From contig CAZMIU010000001.1 in the NCBI GenBank assembly GCA_964566795.1, positions 333,091 to 397,090 on the forward strand: a DNA stretch of 64,000 nt. The letters run 5' to 3'. Below, piece by piece: positions 38,461 to 48,226 of the stretch. The DNA comes from an uncultured Candidatus Saccharibacteria bacterium. Its GTDB lineage: Bacteria; Patescibacteriota; Minisyncoccia; Phycocordibacterales; SBAW01. Position numbers and translations under genes: made by a program. The notes below the pieces were generated by a model, which made no database searches, was not told the origin of the DNA, and was given only the letters and a program-made list of their open reading frames with translations. The stretch's first letter is position 1. Every line of letters starts with the position of its first letter.

Positions 38461-39246
38461 TTAATGGGACGTCTTGACAGCATGAGACTCACTGCCATGA
38501 GGCTCTTCAATTGCGATTTTTATAAATGCCAACGTAAGAATGGCGAATACGGCCGCCTGCAAAAGGCCGATAAATGCTTCGAATGCCATAAGTGGCACCG
38601 GCAAGAAATACGGCACGAAGAGCGTGACTATCATCAATAAAATCTCCCCGGCGAATATAGCGCCGAAGAGCCGAAACGAAAATGAAATAAGTCGGGCAAA
38701 GTTACCGATAATTTCCAGCAATCCAACCGCAAAGCCTATAAAGCCGTTCGAGAAATTAATGAATTTTGAACCGTATTTCCAGAGCCCCAGTGTAAGTATG
38801 CCGCTTAGTTCGATTACAAGAAATGAAATCATGGCAAGAGCCAGAGTCGTATTGAGGTCCGCATTTACAGGACGAAATAGCGGTGTGAGCGAGCTTTTAC
38901 CCTCACTCACATGTTCAAGACCTATCGTACCGAAAATGGGCAGGAAATTGAAAGTGTTAGCAATGAATATAAAAATAAATATGGTGACTATAAACGGAAA
39001 ATAGCGCAGAGCCAGCTGTCGACTGCCAAGAGTCTGCTCTATCAATCCAAGTACATACTCAAAAAACATTTCTACGGCGCTTTGGATTCTCCCTGGCACG
39101 ACCGACACTTTGCGGCCAATAATAAAAGCTACCAGTAGTATGCCCGCCATGACAATCCATGTAGTAAGGAGCGAATTGGTAACAGGAAAGCCCCAGATAT
39201 CAAAAATCTTCTCCGAGGCAAGGGCGATATGTAATCCTTCTTCCAT
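38461..39246 (-). CDS. atpB: F0F1 ATP synthase subunit a, an orphan copy.
   Basis: Conserved essential Arg in ARLISFSFRLFGAIFAGEILL, and C-terminal EAFIGLLQAAVFAILTLAFI. Five to six TM helices. Confidence 0.7.
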   Translation of the reverse strand: MEEGLHIALASEKIFDIWGFPVTNSLLTTWIVMAGILLVAFIIGRKVSVVPGRIQSAVEMFFEYVLGLIEQTLGSRQLALRYFPFIVTIFIFIFIANTFNFLPIFGTIGLEHVSEGKSSLTPLFRPVNADLNTTLALAMISFLVIELSGILTLGLWKYGSKFINFSNGFIGFAVGLLEIIGNFARLISFSFRLFGAIFAGEILLMIVTLFVPYFLPVPLMAFEAFIGLLQAAVFAILTLAFIKIAIEEPHGSESHAVKTSH

Positions 39247-39313
39247 TTAGGAGGTTAATTTAACATACTGAAAGGAATACTGAAACTCTAAATGTAGTGC
39301 ATTAAAACCGCAC

Positions 39314-39913
39314 TCATTGGGAATAGACTCCGACAAAAACCGCCGAAACGATAAAACGATCTTCTTTTGCACCTAGCGTGTTGCATGTTACCAGCTTTAG
39401 ATATGTACCATCTTGTGGCATGGAAATTGTATCTACGGTTGCGTTTGCAGTCTCGACCCCGGTCACGCGATAGCGATACTCACGAGTATCTGAGTAGACG
39501 TTGATAGTGTCGCCCTCTTCTAGCTCTTGGATATCATTAAACGCCTTGTAGGCTTGATTGCGTACGATTGGCAAAGAAGTCGAGTGCCCGAGTAAAACTA
39601 CGGTACCCTTAGTGCCTAACTGTGCAGACGTGGGATACCGTATTGCGCCTTTTAGCAGTGCCGCATTTAGCACATCGAGATCAGTGCTTGTGCGGTTTTC
39701 TACTGTCACATCAAGTTTTATCTTTGATGCAGTAACCCGTATTGGATCCTCAGGAATTACAGACGGGCCAGTTTCTTTAACAGACGGACTTTCTGGAATC
39801 GGAGTAACGAGAGTGGGTTCCGGTAAGGCGTCAACCGCACTGAGAAATATAAAAGTAAGCCCAAAGAGCGCCGTGAATGTAAATACGAAGGCAAAAAAAC
39901 GCTTTCCCATCAT
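39314..39913 (-). CDS. Sortase-family transpeptidase.
   Basis: Catalytic His in VVLLGHST, a Cys in the LVTCNT (TLxTC) motif, and a conserved Arg downstream. Confidence 0.75.
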   Translation of the reverse strand: MMGKRFFAFVFTFTALFGLTFIFLSAVDALPEPTLVTPIPESPSVKETGPSVIPEDPIRVTASKIKLDVTVENRTSTDLDVLNAALLKGAIRYPTSAQLGTKGTVVLLGHSTSLPIVRNQAYKAFNDIQELEEGDTINVYSDTREYRYRVTGVETANATVDTISMPQDGTYLKLVTCNTLGAKEDRFIVSAVFVGVYSQ

Positions 39914-40248
39914 AAGAGTATATTACACACCACTTGCAGGGTCTTGATAGCTCCCCTACTAACTCGTATTTGCTACTGCATGCTTTTTGTCAGAAACAGG
40001 TTCGTCTACCCAAGAGCCGTCAAGGATGTCCCATTGTGTACGAAAATGTCACCCGGCTTATGGGTCACTTTCTTGTATACCAGAAAACTGACGAGCAGTC
40101 CGACCAAAATCAAGCTGAGGATGATGTATTTGTAAGGCATGGTAATTTGTTAGCGGTATTTACCATATCGCGTTATGCCTCTTCCTTCGCGATCAGGATG
40201 CGTTCTTTCAGAGATAGTTAATTCCCCAACCAAACATAAGGTGACATC

Positions 40249-40452
40249 TTAACCGCGCTTGCTTGTCCACGCACGTACATGGGCAACGAGACCGAATATA
40301 ACCAATATCCACGCTATGACGACAGGGAAAAACGCATTACCGGCAAGATAGTCCTGCAGCAAGACGGCTATACCAAAGCCGAGCGCCGTATGGCTGGCAT
40401 TAGACAGGAGTATATGACGGCGGTCAAACTTCATCGCTTCTTTTATAGACAT
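40249..40452 (-). CDS. Small two-TM membrane protein (hypothetical).
   Basis: 67 aa, hydrophobic. Confidence 0.3.
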   Translation of the reverse strand: MSIKEAMKFDRRHILLSNASHTALGFGIAVLLQDYLAGNAFFPVVIAWILVIFGLVAHVRAWTSKRG

Positions 40453-40606
40453 ATAGTTTTATTCATTAATGGTTTGATAATACATCACTAAAATTGTAAC
40501 ATCCTCATTAACAGGGAGGCCTCGCCCCCTGTTCCGAAACTCGTGAATAAAGGCGGAAACCGGAGCGGGAAGGACGATTTCAAGTTTTCTTTGACGGCCA
40601 CTAACC

Positions 40607-41827
40607 TCAGTGCCCGCCTCCACTTTCTATTTTTCCGTCAAAAATCGTGGGGTCTGCCTCTCCCTCTACGCGCAAAAGTCCCCACGCGCCGCGGTCGAGT
40701 CGGGCAAGCGCATGGTCGACAAGCATATAATTTCCGGGGTAGTCGGCTTTGAACTCAACCACCGCGGCACCGCCGGCGGGAATGAGGGTCGTCTGTATGC
40801 TTCGCGCAGGAGGACTCACAATATCTCCCTCGCGATATACGCGGTCAAATATCTCCCCGATTACATGAAAGCTTGAAATGAGATTGACGCCGCCGTTTCC
40901 TACGTAGAGGCGGACGGTCTCCCCGACTTTGACATTCATGTTGTTCTGCAATGCTCCTGTTTTTCCGTTAAAGACTATGTATTGCGGCTTCCCGTCGAGC
41001 ATCGCTTGTGCGTCAAACAACTGCAGTCCCTTTCGACCCAATTCCCCGGATGTATAAAACTCTCCCTGCATCACGTAAAACTCTTTATCGACCGGAGGCA
41101 ACCCTTCTTTTGGCTCGATGAGAATGAGCCCATAGAGTCCGTGCGCCATATGACTCGGCACATTAGGATGAGCACAATGGTATACGTACAAGCCGGGATT
41201 AAGCGCTTTGAAACGGAATGTTTTTGATTCTCCTGGGGCGACGTTCGTCGCAGGTGCTCCGCCGCCTGGCCCATTAACCGCATGTAAATCAATGTTATGC
41301 ATATGGAGGCTCGTCTTGTCGTTATGAAGCGTCAATTCGACCGTGTCGCCCTCGCGAGCTCTCAAAAACGGCCCCGGCACGGTGCCGTTGAACGTCCAGT
41401 AGTTGAGAGTGACCCCGGGAGCAATTTCAGAGATGACTTCTTTTGTGGTAAGTTCCATTTTGACCGTCTGCGGTTCCGAGCGATTAATTGGCGGTGGAAT
41501 GTCCGCGGGATTTTTTGCTATGTCGGGAACTCGCTCGAAGGAACCGAAATTCCTGAAGAACTGAAGTACATTTTTGAAAGGAAGAACGGGGCCTTCGCTC
41601 GGGCCGAACGTTTTAAGAGAAAAAGGATACTGAAAAGCGTTTGGTATTCCGTTTGGAACGTAAAATGCAAGAGAAACCCCGACAAATATTGCCACAAGCG
41701 CCGCGGTAAGCTTCCACGAATGGAACTGACGGAGCACGAGAAAAATGAAAAGAGCCGCAAAAAAATACGCAATAGCAAGACCGAATGCCTGCACGATGTA
41801 TTGCCAAAGGTAAGAAAGTAGTTCCAT
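40607..41827 (-). CDS. nirK: Copper-containing nitrite reductase (NirK-type two-domain multicopper protein) with N-terminal TM helices.
   Basis: LHNDKTSLHMHNIDLHAVNGPGGG (T2Cu His) and YVYHCAHPNVPSHMAHGLYGLILIEP (T1Cu Cys/His/Met). An N-terminal 60-aa hydrophobic anchor. Confidence 0.8.
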   Translation of the reverse strand: MELLSYLWQYIVQAFGLAIAYFFAALFIFLVLRQFHSWKLTAALVAIFVGVSLAFYVPNGIPNAFQYPFSLKTFGPSEGPVLPFKNVLQFFRNFGSFERVPDIAKNPADIPPPINRSEPQTVKMELTTKEVISEIAPGVTLNYWTFNGTVPGPFLRAREGDTVELTLHNDKTSLHMHNIDLHAVNGPGGGAPATNVAPGESKTFRFKALNPGLYVYHCAHPNVPSHMAHGLYGLILIEPKEGLPPVDKEFYVMQGEFYTSGELGRKGLQLFDAQAMLDGKPQYIVFNGKTGALQNNMNVKVGETVRLYVGNGGVNLISSFHVIGEIFDRVYREGDIVSPPARSIQTTLIPAGGAAVVEFKADYPGNYMLVDHALARLDRGAWGLLRVEGEADPTIFDGKIESGGGH

Positions 41828-41842
41828 AGACTGATTAGATTA

Positions 41843-42420
41843 TCATAACAAATCTCCATTGGGACACCTAATCCTTTGGCAATCTTGGCGACCGTTTGCC
41901 ATGGCGCGCAGTGACGTTTCAAGAATTTCCTTTCCATGATTAACGATTATTGAGATATGTCCTTCGTTGGGATAGAACGTTACTTTTGCGCCGGTGAATT
42001 GTTTTATCAATTCTCGCATCTCCGCCTCTTTAACTTGATTATCAAGTGCGCCATGCCACACTTGTATTTTTGACGCATCGATATTCGAAATGTAAATCCC
42101 CAGGTACGTTGTCCTATGAGCATACCGTCATAGGCCGCACCTTTTGCGCCTTGGCGCACGCTTTCAGCGAGCGAAGCTACCATGATTTGGAGCGTATCGG
42201 AACCTTCCAATGCTTTTCTGTCCGGTTCTACCCAGCGGCTTGAGGCGCGTTCCAATAATCGCTTTGCTTTCTCCTCGGTGTTAAACGTATTTTTTGTCAT
42301 CGGAAGCATAATCCACGGCACCCATCGCGCGAGAAAAGAAACAAGTCGGGTTGTCCGCCCAACACCCGATACGACACCGCACCGCGTTATCGGGTGCGGG
42401 ATTTGATACATGCAAGCCAA
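41843..42420 (-). pseudogene. Disrupted alpha/beta-hydrolase C-terminal fragment. Two overlapping ORFs sit in different frames and the N-terminal nucleophile region is missing.
   Basis: ORFs 42007..42420 and 41843..42061 together encode ...AYDGMLIGQRTWGF...KVTFYPNEGHISI, the His region of the catalytic triad. There is no GxSxG. Confidence 0.4.
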
Positions 42421-42429
42421 CGAGCCATA

Positions 42430-42972
42430 TTACACAGCTCCCCGTCTCAGCCTCCACATTCCCCACCACGCTGCTGGTGCAAGTACTATCACACTCGCCA
42501 TACCTGGGAAGTAGCCATACGGTTCTGGAGTTAGGAGCGGAAGGAAAAAGTGTGCGAGTTCGGTAACGCCCATTGCTGTAAAGAAAGTCCAAGCCAAATA
42601 GTATCCAAAGGAATATTCGCGACTGACGAAATACGGGATCAGGAGCCATGCGGCAGCAAGCGTGTACAGCAGGATTATGAGAAAGCTCGCTTCCGGCACA
42701 GGAACTCCGGTTATCTCCGAAAGTCGCGGAAAGAAATCCATCTCCCGTTCCTCTATCTTGTGGAGTACAAAGAAAGAGAGTGTGAGGAAGTACGGAATCT
42801 TTATGGAAGCAAAAGAAGCCTTGGTTGGGATAAGGAGCCAAAGAATGAGTCCACCGAGAAATCCGAATACGAAGAGGAATGCGGGCAGTAGACCCAGCAT
42901 GACGTAGCCGAGCGCTACTACGGCAATAGTGAACATGACCGCAAAAGCCATTGTAGAAACACTTCTTTTCAT
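42430..42972 (-). CDS. HXXEE-domain membrane protein.
   Basis: LHKIEEREMDFF gives H-x-x-E-E within a multi-TM protein. Confidence 0.55.
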   Translation of the reverse strand: MKRSVSTMAFAVMFTIAVVALGYVMLGLLPAFLFVFGFLGGLILWLLIPTKASFASIKIPYFLTLSFFVLHKIEEREMDFFPRLSEITGVPVPEASFLIILLYTLAAAWLLIPYFVSREYSFGYYLAWTFFTAMGVTELAHFFLPLLTPEPYGYFPGMASVIVLAPAAWWGMWRLRRGAV

Positions 42973-43007
42973 GGGTATATCTTACACCTTGTCATAGGCA
43001 TTACCGA

Positions 43008-43065
43008 CGCGTCTCGGGCGCGATAACCTAGCACGAGTTGGTTGCGACTCCTGAACGAAGTTCGA
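43008..43065. repeat. Left att-like direct repeat: a 28-bp exact core plus a degenerate copy of the tRNA-Gln 3' end.
   Basis: gcgtctcgggcgcgataacctagcacga at 43008-43035 is identical to 48197-48224. The following 30 bp resemble the tRNA-Gln 3' part. Confidence 0.6.
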
Positions 43066-43119
43066 ACTATTGCAATGTCCGGAAACACCGTATTTAGCCG
43101 CGTAACGGTTACAGATTAA

Positions 43120-43518
43120 TTAACTGACCTTGATCTGAAAATTATACATCCCCATACCACATACTCCCTGCACCTTATCTCCCGATTTTGGAGTACCTAA
43201 ATCTATTTCCTCCTCACCGGTTGGTTGCAATATCTTCTGAAAACCAACAGAACGGACCACGAGCGACGCTGAGCAATCATATGTACCATCTGTCTTCACA
43301 ATCAATTTGGTAGGTACTCCGCCTTTAATTTCCGTGATGCGCGGAGAATAACCGCCCTTTGCAGTCACAGTCACATACTGCACACCGTCTCTAACCTCGA
43401 CATTCTGTGATTGCGCGACTTCGTCGCCTGAAGACGCCGATCTATCAGAAACAAAGTAGAGAGTACCTCCAATGAGGGCAATACTGAGGATAATGGATAT
43501 GACTGTGTTTTTTTGCAT
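43120..43518 (-). CDS. Membrane-anchored cupredoxin-like (Cupredoxin_1) protein.
   Basis: TM anchor, then a beta-rich domain with YDCSASL and GVCGMGM (Cys/Met copper-site-like). It is a paralogue-like match to the gene at 6953-7453. Confidence 0.5.
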   Translation of the reverse strand: MQKNTVISIILSIALIGGTLYFVSDRSASSGDEVAQSQNVEVRDGVQYVTVTAKGGYSPRITEIKGGVPTKLIVKTDGTYDCSASLVVRSVGFQKILQPTGEEEIDLGTPKSGDKVQGVCGMGMYNFQIKVS

Positions 43519-43534
43519 AGATTAACTAATAAGA

Positions 43535-44542
43535 TTATATGTTAAATAAAGGATCAATAATACCGAGCCCTGCAAGTCCTGCGAGGAGCGCGAAAGCTCC
43601 GAGGCCAATTACCAAAACACCTGCCGATTTGAAGAAAAGTGGCGCGTGTCTTGATTGTGCGAATGAGGCAGAGCCGAACGACAGAAGCGCGAGCATTGGT
43701 AGCGTGCCTAGGGCAAACGCTGTCATGATCAAGAACCCCGAGAGAAAGGAACCACTTGAAAGTGCCGCAACTTGCATCGCTTGAGTAAATCCGCACGGCA
43801 AGAAGAAAGTCCCAACACCGACCAAAAACGGCGCTATGGTCTTATGCTCCATCTTACGGAAGAAGCTAAAGACTCCAGAAGGTAGCGCAATCATATTTTT
43901 CTCAAAAATTCCTACCAGATTAAGCCCGAGTACAATCATCACCACCGATGCGATGATCCCGAGGATTGCGGTAGCGGTAAAACTGATACCAACTGCACTT
44001 CCGATGGCACCAAGCACACCGCCAAGCACAGCAAAACTGATTAGTCGGCCTCCGTGAAAGAGCATCATCGGCTTTACATCGCTTATCTTGTCCTGGGACA
44101 CCGTTGCAGAAAGCGAGAGGACAAGCCCTCCAACGACCGCAAGACAGCTCGAGACGGAAGCAATGAGACCGATGATAAAACTCGTAACTGGGGTTACTGT
44201 TCCTCCCAGGCCGAAATTCAGAATCCCTGACTTTTGGACAATGAAAAAGAGAGCCAGAAGTGCTAAGCCAATAGGCAAGGCTTGCCAAATGACGCCAGTA
44301 TCCTTTTTCTCCCTAGTTTTCTTCTCAACCGAAAGTGAATAGCCGTTGTGTTTTATCTTTTCGGTCAAAACCTCCGCGAGTTTTTGCTGACTGTCATCAA
44401 GACTTGTGTCAAAAGAAACTGTCTCTTGTTTTAGGTTGACGTACGCATTCTCAATACCCATATGTTCATTGAGAACGTCCTCAATGAGGATTTTACATGA
44501 AGCGCAGTGGATGCCAGAAACGTGAAATGTAAGTGTTTTCAT
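43535..44542 (-). CDS. HMA-domain fused to a multi-TM permease, TauE/SafE- or DsbD-like.
   Basis: N-terminal GIHCASCK (GMxCxxC metal-binding), then about 7 TM helices with FLPCGF. Confidence 0.55.
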   Translation of the reverse strand: MKTLTFHVSGIHCASCKILIEDVLNEHMGIENAYVNLKQETVSFDTSLDDSQQKLAEVLTEKIKHNGYSLSVEKKTREKKDTGVIWQALPIGLALLALFFIVQKSGILNFGLGGTVTPVTSFIIGLIASVSSCLAVVGGLVLSLSATVSQDKISDVKPMMLFHGGRLISFAVLGGVLGAIGSAVGISFTATAILGIIASVVMIVLGLNLVGIFEKNMIALPSGVFSFFRKMEHKTIAPFLVGVGTFFLPCGFTQAMQVAALSSGSFLSGFLIMTAFALGTLPMLALLSFGSASFAQSRHAPLFFKSAGVLVIGLGAFALLAGLAGLGIIDPLFNI

Positions 44543-44558
44543 AAACCGCTTTGCTGAG

Positions 44559-44780
44559 TTAGAGTGTCTCGCCGCGCTTTTCCAGCATCATGTGATGAAT
44601 TGTTGCGATTTGAAGCCAGGTTGCAATAAGGATAAGTATGCCGGCACAGAGTAGAGCGTCGATTTTAGTAACACCCAATACGGAATTGTCAGCTCCTCCG
44701 AAGACTGCGGCTAAAAATGAAATCACTCCAATCAAACCGACCGCAACACTGGCGACATGCATTACTTTTGATAGTTTCAT
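44559..44780 (-). CDS. Small two-TM membrane protein.
   Basis: 73 aa, hydrophobic. It sits inside the copper operon. Confidence 0.3.
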   Translation of the reverse strand: MKLSKVMHVASVAVGLIGVISFLAAVFGGADNSVLGVTKIDALLCAGILILIATWLQIATIHHMMLEKRGETL

Positions 44781-44810
44781 ATATTTTAGGTTTAATTATT
44801 TTTAATAAGT

Positions 44811-45425
44811 TTATTTGTACCACTGCACATACCACGACTGCATCTGCTGTATCTCCTCTGACTGTGAGGAAATGATATTTTTTGCAAGCTGTTGCATTTC
44901 AGGTCGATTGGTCCCTGATTGGAGCATATTCGCCATCATAATCGCCAGCTGATGATGAGGGATCATTTGTTCAATAAAAGCCTTATCGAAATCAGATGCG
45001 TTTTCCAGTGCAGTCATGTCTTCCTGTCCACCCATATGCATTCCGCCTTGCGACATCATGCCGCCACTCATCATGCCCGTGCTTACCTTTGGCACAGTGC
45101 TTCCGAACCAATCCTTATACCAGCCGTTCATATCTTGAATCTCTGCTGTCTGGGCTGCAATGATAGCTGTTGCTAAGGTTTTAATCTCTGGACGCTTTGC
45201 CTTTTGGAGCGCGAGGTTTGCCATAGCGATTGCACCGTCATGATGAGGAATCATTTGCTCGATGAAATGTTTGTCGATTGTGTTGGCAACTTGAGTGTTT
45301 CCATTTTCCCAATTCATCATTCCAGATCCTCCATATCGCATCATCGGAGTGAAGACTGAGACCAAGAGAATTCCAAGGACTATTCCTCCGATACCGTATA
45401 CTATTTTGTTGTTTTGATTGTTCAT
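44811..45425 (-). CDS. DUF305-domain protein associated with copper resistance.
   Basis: A tandem repeat of FIEQMIPHH...AI.MAN, with Met/Gly-rich linkers. Confidence 0.75.
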   Translation of the reverse strand: MNNQNNKIVYGIGGIVLGILLVSVFTPMMRYGGSGMMNWENGNTQVANTIDKHFIEQMIPHHDGAIAMANLALQKAKRPEIKTLATAIIAAQTAEIQDMNGWYKDWFGSTVPKVSTGMMSGGMMSQGGMHMGGQEDMTALENASDFDKAFIEQMIPHHQLAIMMANMLQSGTNRPEMQQLAKNIISSQSEEIQQMQSWYVQWYK

Positions 45426-45458
45426 ATATTTTTATTAAAATTAATTTGATAATTTTGC

Positions 45459-47753
45459 TTACAATCGTTTGGCTTTGATTCTAAGCGAATTCGACACTAC
45501 GGATACTGACGACATTGCCATAGCAAAACCTGCAAAGACAGGGTTCAAGAGCCACCCAAATACCGGATATAAAGCCCCAGCCGCAAGAGGAATGCCTACA
45601 ATATTGTAGATGAATGCCCAGAAGAGATTCTGCTTGATGCCGCGCATAGTGATCTTTGAAAGTTTGATCGCCTTTACAAGCTTCGAAATATCGCCACCAA
45701 GAAGGGTGATACCCGCCGATTCGATGGCAACATCGGTCCCGGTCCCCATGGCAATTCCCACATCTGCCTGTGCAAGTGCTGGTGCATCGTTTACGCCGTC
45801 ACCCGCCATGGCGACTATCTTGCCTTGCGACTGGAGTTCCTTAATTTTATTGAGCTTATCCTCTGGGAGTACGTGAGCCATCACCTCATCAATCCCCACG
45901 AGTGATGCGATGTACTTTGCCGCTCTTTCGTCATCTCCCGTGAGCATAACCACCTGTATGCCGAGCTTGTGAAGATTCTTTACGGCCTCGACTGACTCCG
46001 CTTTTATCTCATCAGCAACCATAACGAACCCGAGTACTTTTTCTCTAGTAGCGAGAATGACTGGGGTCTTTCCTTGCAAGGTAAATTCATTAAGTCTAGC
46101 GACATCAAATGGAAGTTTGAGATCGCTTACGAGCTTTACATTACCAACAAAATACTCATCGGTATCAATAACCCCGCGCAAACCCTTGCCTTGTATCCCC
46201 TCAAAATCGGAAACGCTCGACAATGGGATATTTTTCTCTTGTGCGTACTGTACAATCGCGTGCGCAATCGGATGCTCTGACTTCTTCTCAAGCGATGCGA
46301 GAATTGATACAAGGGCATCATCTTTTAAATCTGAGAGATTCTGTATATCGACTAGGGTGGGTTTGCCTTTAGTGATCGTTCCTGTTTTATCAACCACAAC
46401 CGTATTCACCTTGTGGAGTTTCTCAAGCGTAGCGGCATCTTTAATGAGAATACCTTCTTTGGCCCCCTTACCGACTCCTACGATAATTGCCGTCGGTGTT
46501 GCGAGTCCGAGCGCGCACGGGCACGCAATTACGAGAATTCCCACAAAGGATACAAGGCCGAATGACAAGGCCTGAGAGAACCCAAGATACTGCGACCCAA
46601 CGATAAGCCATGCTCCGAGAGTAAGAAAAGCGATTACGAGAACGATGGGCACAAATACCGCCGATATTTTATCCGCAAGTGCTTGTATGGGGGCACGACT
46701 TCCTTGAGCATCTTCAACCATCTTGATAATCTGGGCGAGGAGTGTTTCTGATCCAACTTTGGTGGCCTTGAATGTGAAGGAACCACTGGTATTGATTGTC
46801 CCGGACACGACATTGTCACCAAGCTTTTTCTGGGCTGGCATCGGCTCACCGGTAACCATAGATTCGTCGACGAAGGAACTTCCCTCGGTAATAACGCCAT
46901 CGACAGGGATCTTTGCTCCGGGCTTAACGATAATAAGATCGCCATGTTTAACATCGTTTACTGAAATTTCCAATTCTCTTCCTTCACGGATAACTAACGC
47001 CGTTTTGGCCTGAAGATTAAGAAGTTTCTCAATGGCATCACCTGTCTTTATCTTTGATCGCGCCTCGAGATATTTTCCAAGCGTAATAAATGTAATGACT
47101 ACGATTGTCACGTCGTAGTACTGGTAGTCAACGTTTATAAATGGACGAAGAACATCCTCAAAAGCACTGACTGCAAAACTGTATAAAAAGGCTGCAACCG
47201 TGCCGATGCCGATAAGCGTATCCATGTTCGCCTTGCCATAGCGGAGGAATCTATAAAAACCGAGAAGATAGGGTTTGCCAACGACAAACAAAATGTATGT
47301 GGCAAGTATTGGAAGCAGGTGATGAAAAAATTCTTTGAGCGTATAGCTCATTGCGGGAGCGATACTGTATTCAGCGAGTATGTCCCAGCCCATGACAAAG
47401 GCGGCGAAAACGGCGATGGGAATAGCTGATAGCACTTTTATTCGCATATCCGCTACTTCCGCTAGCTTTTCTTTCTTGGACTGGTTGAGACCCAGGTGTG
47501 ACGCGTGTTCACTTGGAGACATCCCCATTTCTTCGGCACTAGTCGGAACTTCTAGGGAATATCCGAGTGGTTCAATATGCTTGGAAAGGTCATGAGGATT
47601 TGTTTTTGATGGATCAAAAGAAACCTTTGCTTTTTCTGTACCATAATTAACTTCCGCGGAATGTACGCCCTCCACCTTCTTAAAAGTCTTCTCGATTACC
47701 GAGGAGCACGAGGCACAATGCATTCCTTTGACTCTGTATGTTTGTGTATGCAT
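45459..47753 (-). CDS. copA: Copper-translocating P1B-type ATPase.
   Basis: N-terminal HMA domain ([13 protein letters not shown]), CPC in [28 protein letters not shown]. 764 aa. Confidence 0.9.
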   Translation of the reverse strand: MHTQTYRVKGMHCASCSSVIEKTFKKVEGVHSAEVNYGTEKAKVSFDPSKTNPHDLSKHIEPLGYSLEVPTSAEEMGMSPSEHASHLGLNQSKKEKLAEVADMRIKVLSAIPIAVFAAFVMGWDILAEYSIAPAMSYTLKEFFHHLLPILATYILFVVGKPYLLGFYRFLRYGKANMDTLIGIGTVAAFLYSFAVSAFEDVLRPFINVDYQYYDVTIVVITFITLGKYLEARSKIKTGDAIEKLLNLQAKTALVIREGRELEISVNDVKHGDLIIVKPGAKIPVDGVITEGSSFVDESMVTGEPMPAQKKLGDNVVSGTINTSGSFTFKATKVGSETLLAQIIKMVEDAQGSRAPIQALADKISAVFVPIVLVIAFLTLGAWLIVGSQYLGFSQALSFGLVSFVGILVIACPCALGLATPTAIIVGVGKGAKEGILIKDAATLEKLHKVNTVVVDKTGTITKGKPTLVDIQNLSDLKDDALVSILASLEKKSEHPIAHAIVQYAQEKNIPLSSVSDFEGIQGKGLRGVIDTDEYFVGNVKLVSDLKLPFDVARLNEFTLQGKTPVILATREKVLGFVMVADEIKAESVEAVKNLHKLGIQVVMLTGDDERAAKYIASLVGIDEVMAHVLPEDKLNKIKELQSQGKIVAMAGDGVNDAPALAQADVGIAMGTGTDVAIESAGITLLGGDISKLVKAIKLSKITMRGIKQNLFWAFIYNIVGIPLAAGALYPVFGWLLNPVFAGFAMAMSSVSVVSNSLRIKAKRL

Positions 47754-47754
47754 A

Positions 47755-48030
47755 TTATTTCCTCTTAAGCTTATACACCTTAATGATCTCCGCCTTTGCT
47801 TTAGCGGTCTGTCCAGTTTTCATCTGATGGTGGACGCAGTGATCAAGATGGTTTTCAAGAAGCAAATCCTCGACGTTAGATAGCCCTTGCTTCACGGCGG
47901 ATGTCTGAGTAATCACATCTATGCAATAGGTATCATTTTCAACCATCTTTTGAAGACCTCGAACTTGTCCCTCAAGCAATTTGAGGCGACGAACAACCTT
48001 TGCCTTATTTTTATCGTCCATGTACTCCAT
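47755..48030 (-). CDS. csoR: CsoR/RcnR-family metal-sensing repressor.
   Basis: [36 protein letters not shown]...[10 protein letters not shown] carries the C-H-C copper-ligand signature. Confidence 0.8.
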   Translation of the reverse strand: MEYMDDKNKAKVVRRLKLLEGQVRGLQKMVENDTYCIDVITQTSAVKQGLSNVEDLLLENHLDHCVHHQMKTGQTAKAKAEIIKVYKLKRK

Positions 48031-48034
48031 ATGA

Positions 48035-48064
48035 ACCACTATACCCCCTAGGGGGTATAGTGGT
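48035..48064. promoter_or_regulatory. 30-bp perfect palindrome ACCACTATACCCCCTAGGGGGTATAGTGGT, a putative CsoR operator.
   Basis: Exact inverted repeat with a C5/G5 core, like known CsoR operators. It abuts the csoR start. Confidence 0.6.
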
Positions 48065-48106
48065 CAAGTATATATCTGAGTGAAATAATAAACGTCAAGC
48101 TTAAAC

Positions 48107-48136
48107 AGAAAGACCGCCCTTTCGAGCGGTCTTTCT
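48107..48136 (-). terminator. Hairpin terminator downstream of tRNA-Gln.
   Basis: AGAAAGACCGC-N8-GCGGTCTTTCT, with a T-rich tail on the minus strand. Confidence 0.45.
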
Positions 48137-48196
48137 GTCTGAATACTGCTCTCAGCAGGTATGCCTTTTCTGAATAGTGACTCGGAGATTATCTAT

Positions 48197-48226
48197 GCGT
48201 CTCGGGCGCGATAACCTAGCACGACT
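48197..48226. repeat. Right att-like direct repeat abutting the tRNA-Gln 3' end.
   Basis: The 28-bp core is identical to 43008-43035. Confidence 0.6.

Noticed and set aside
41843-42420. Two separate small genes at 41843..42061 and 42007..42420.
   Set aside because: The overlapping frames, the continuous alpha/beta-hydrolase C-terminal similarity across the frame break, and the missing nucleophile region are better explained by a disrupted pseudogene.
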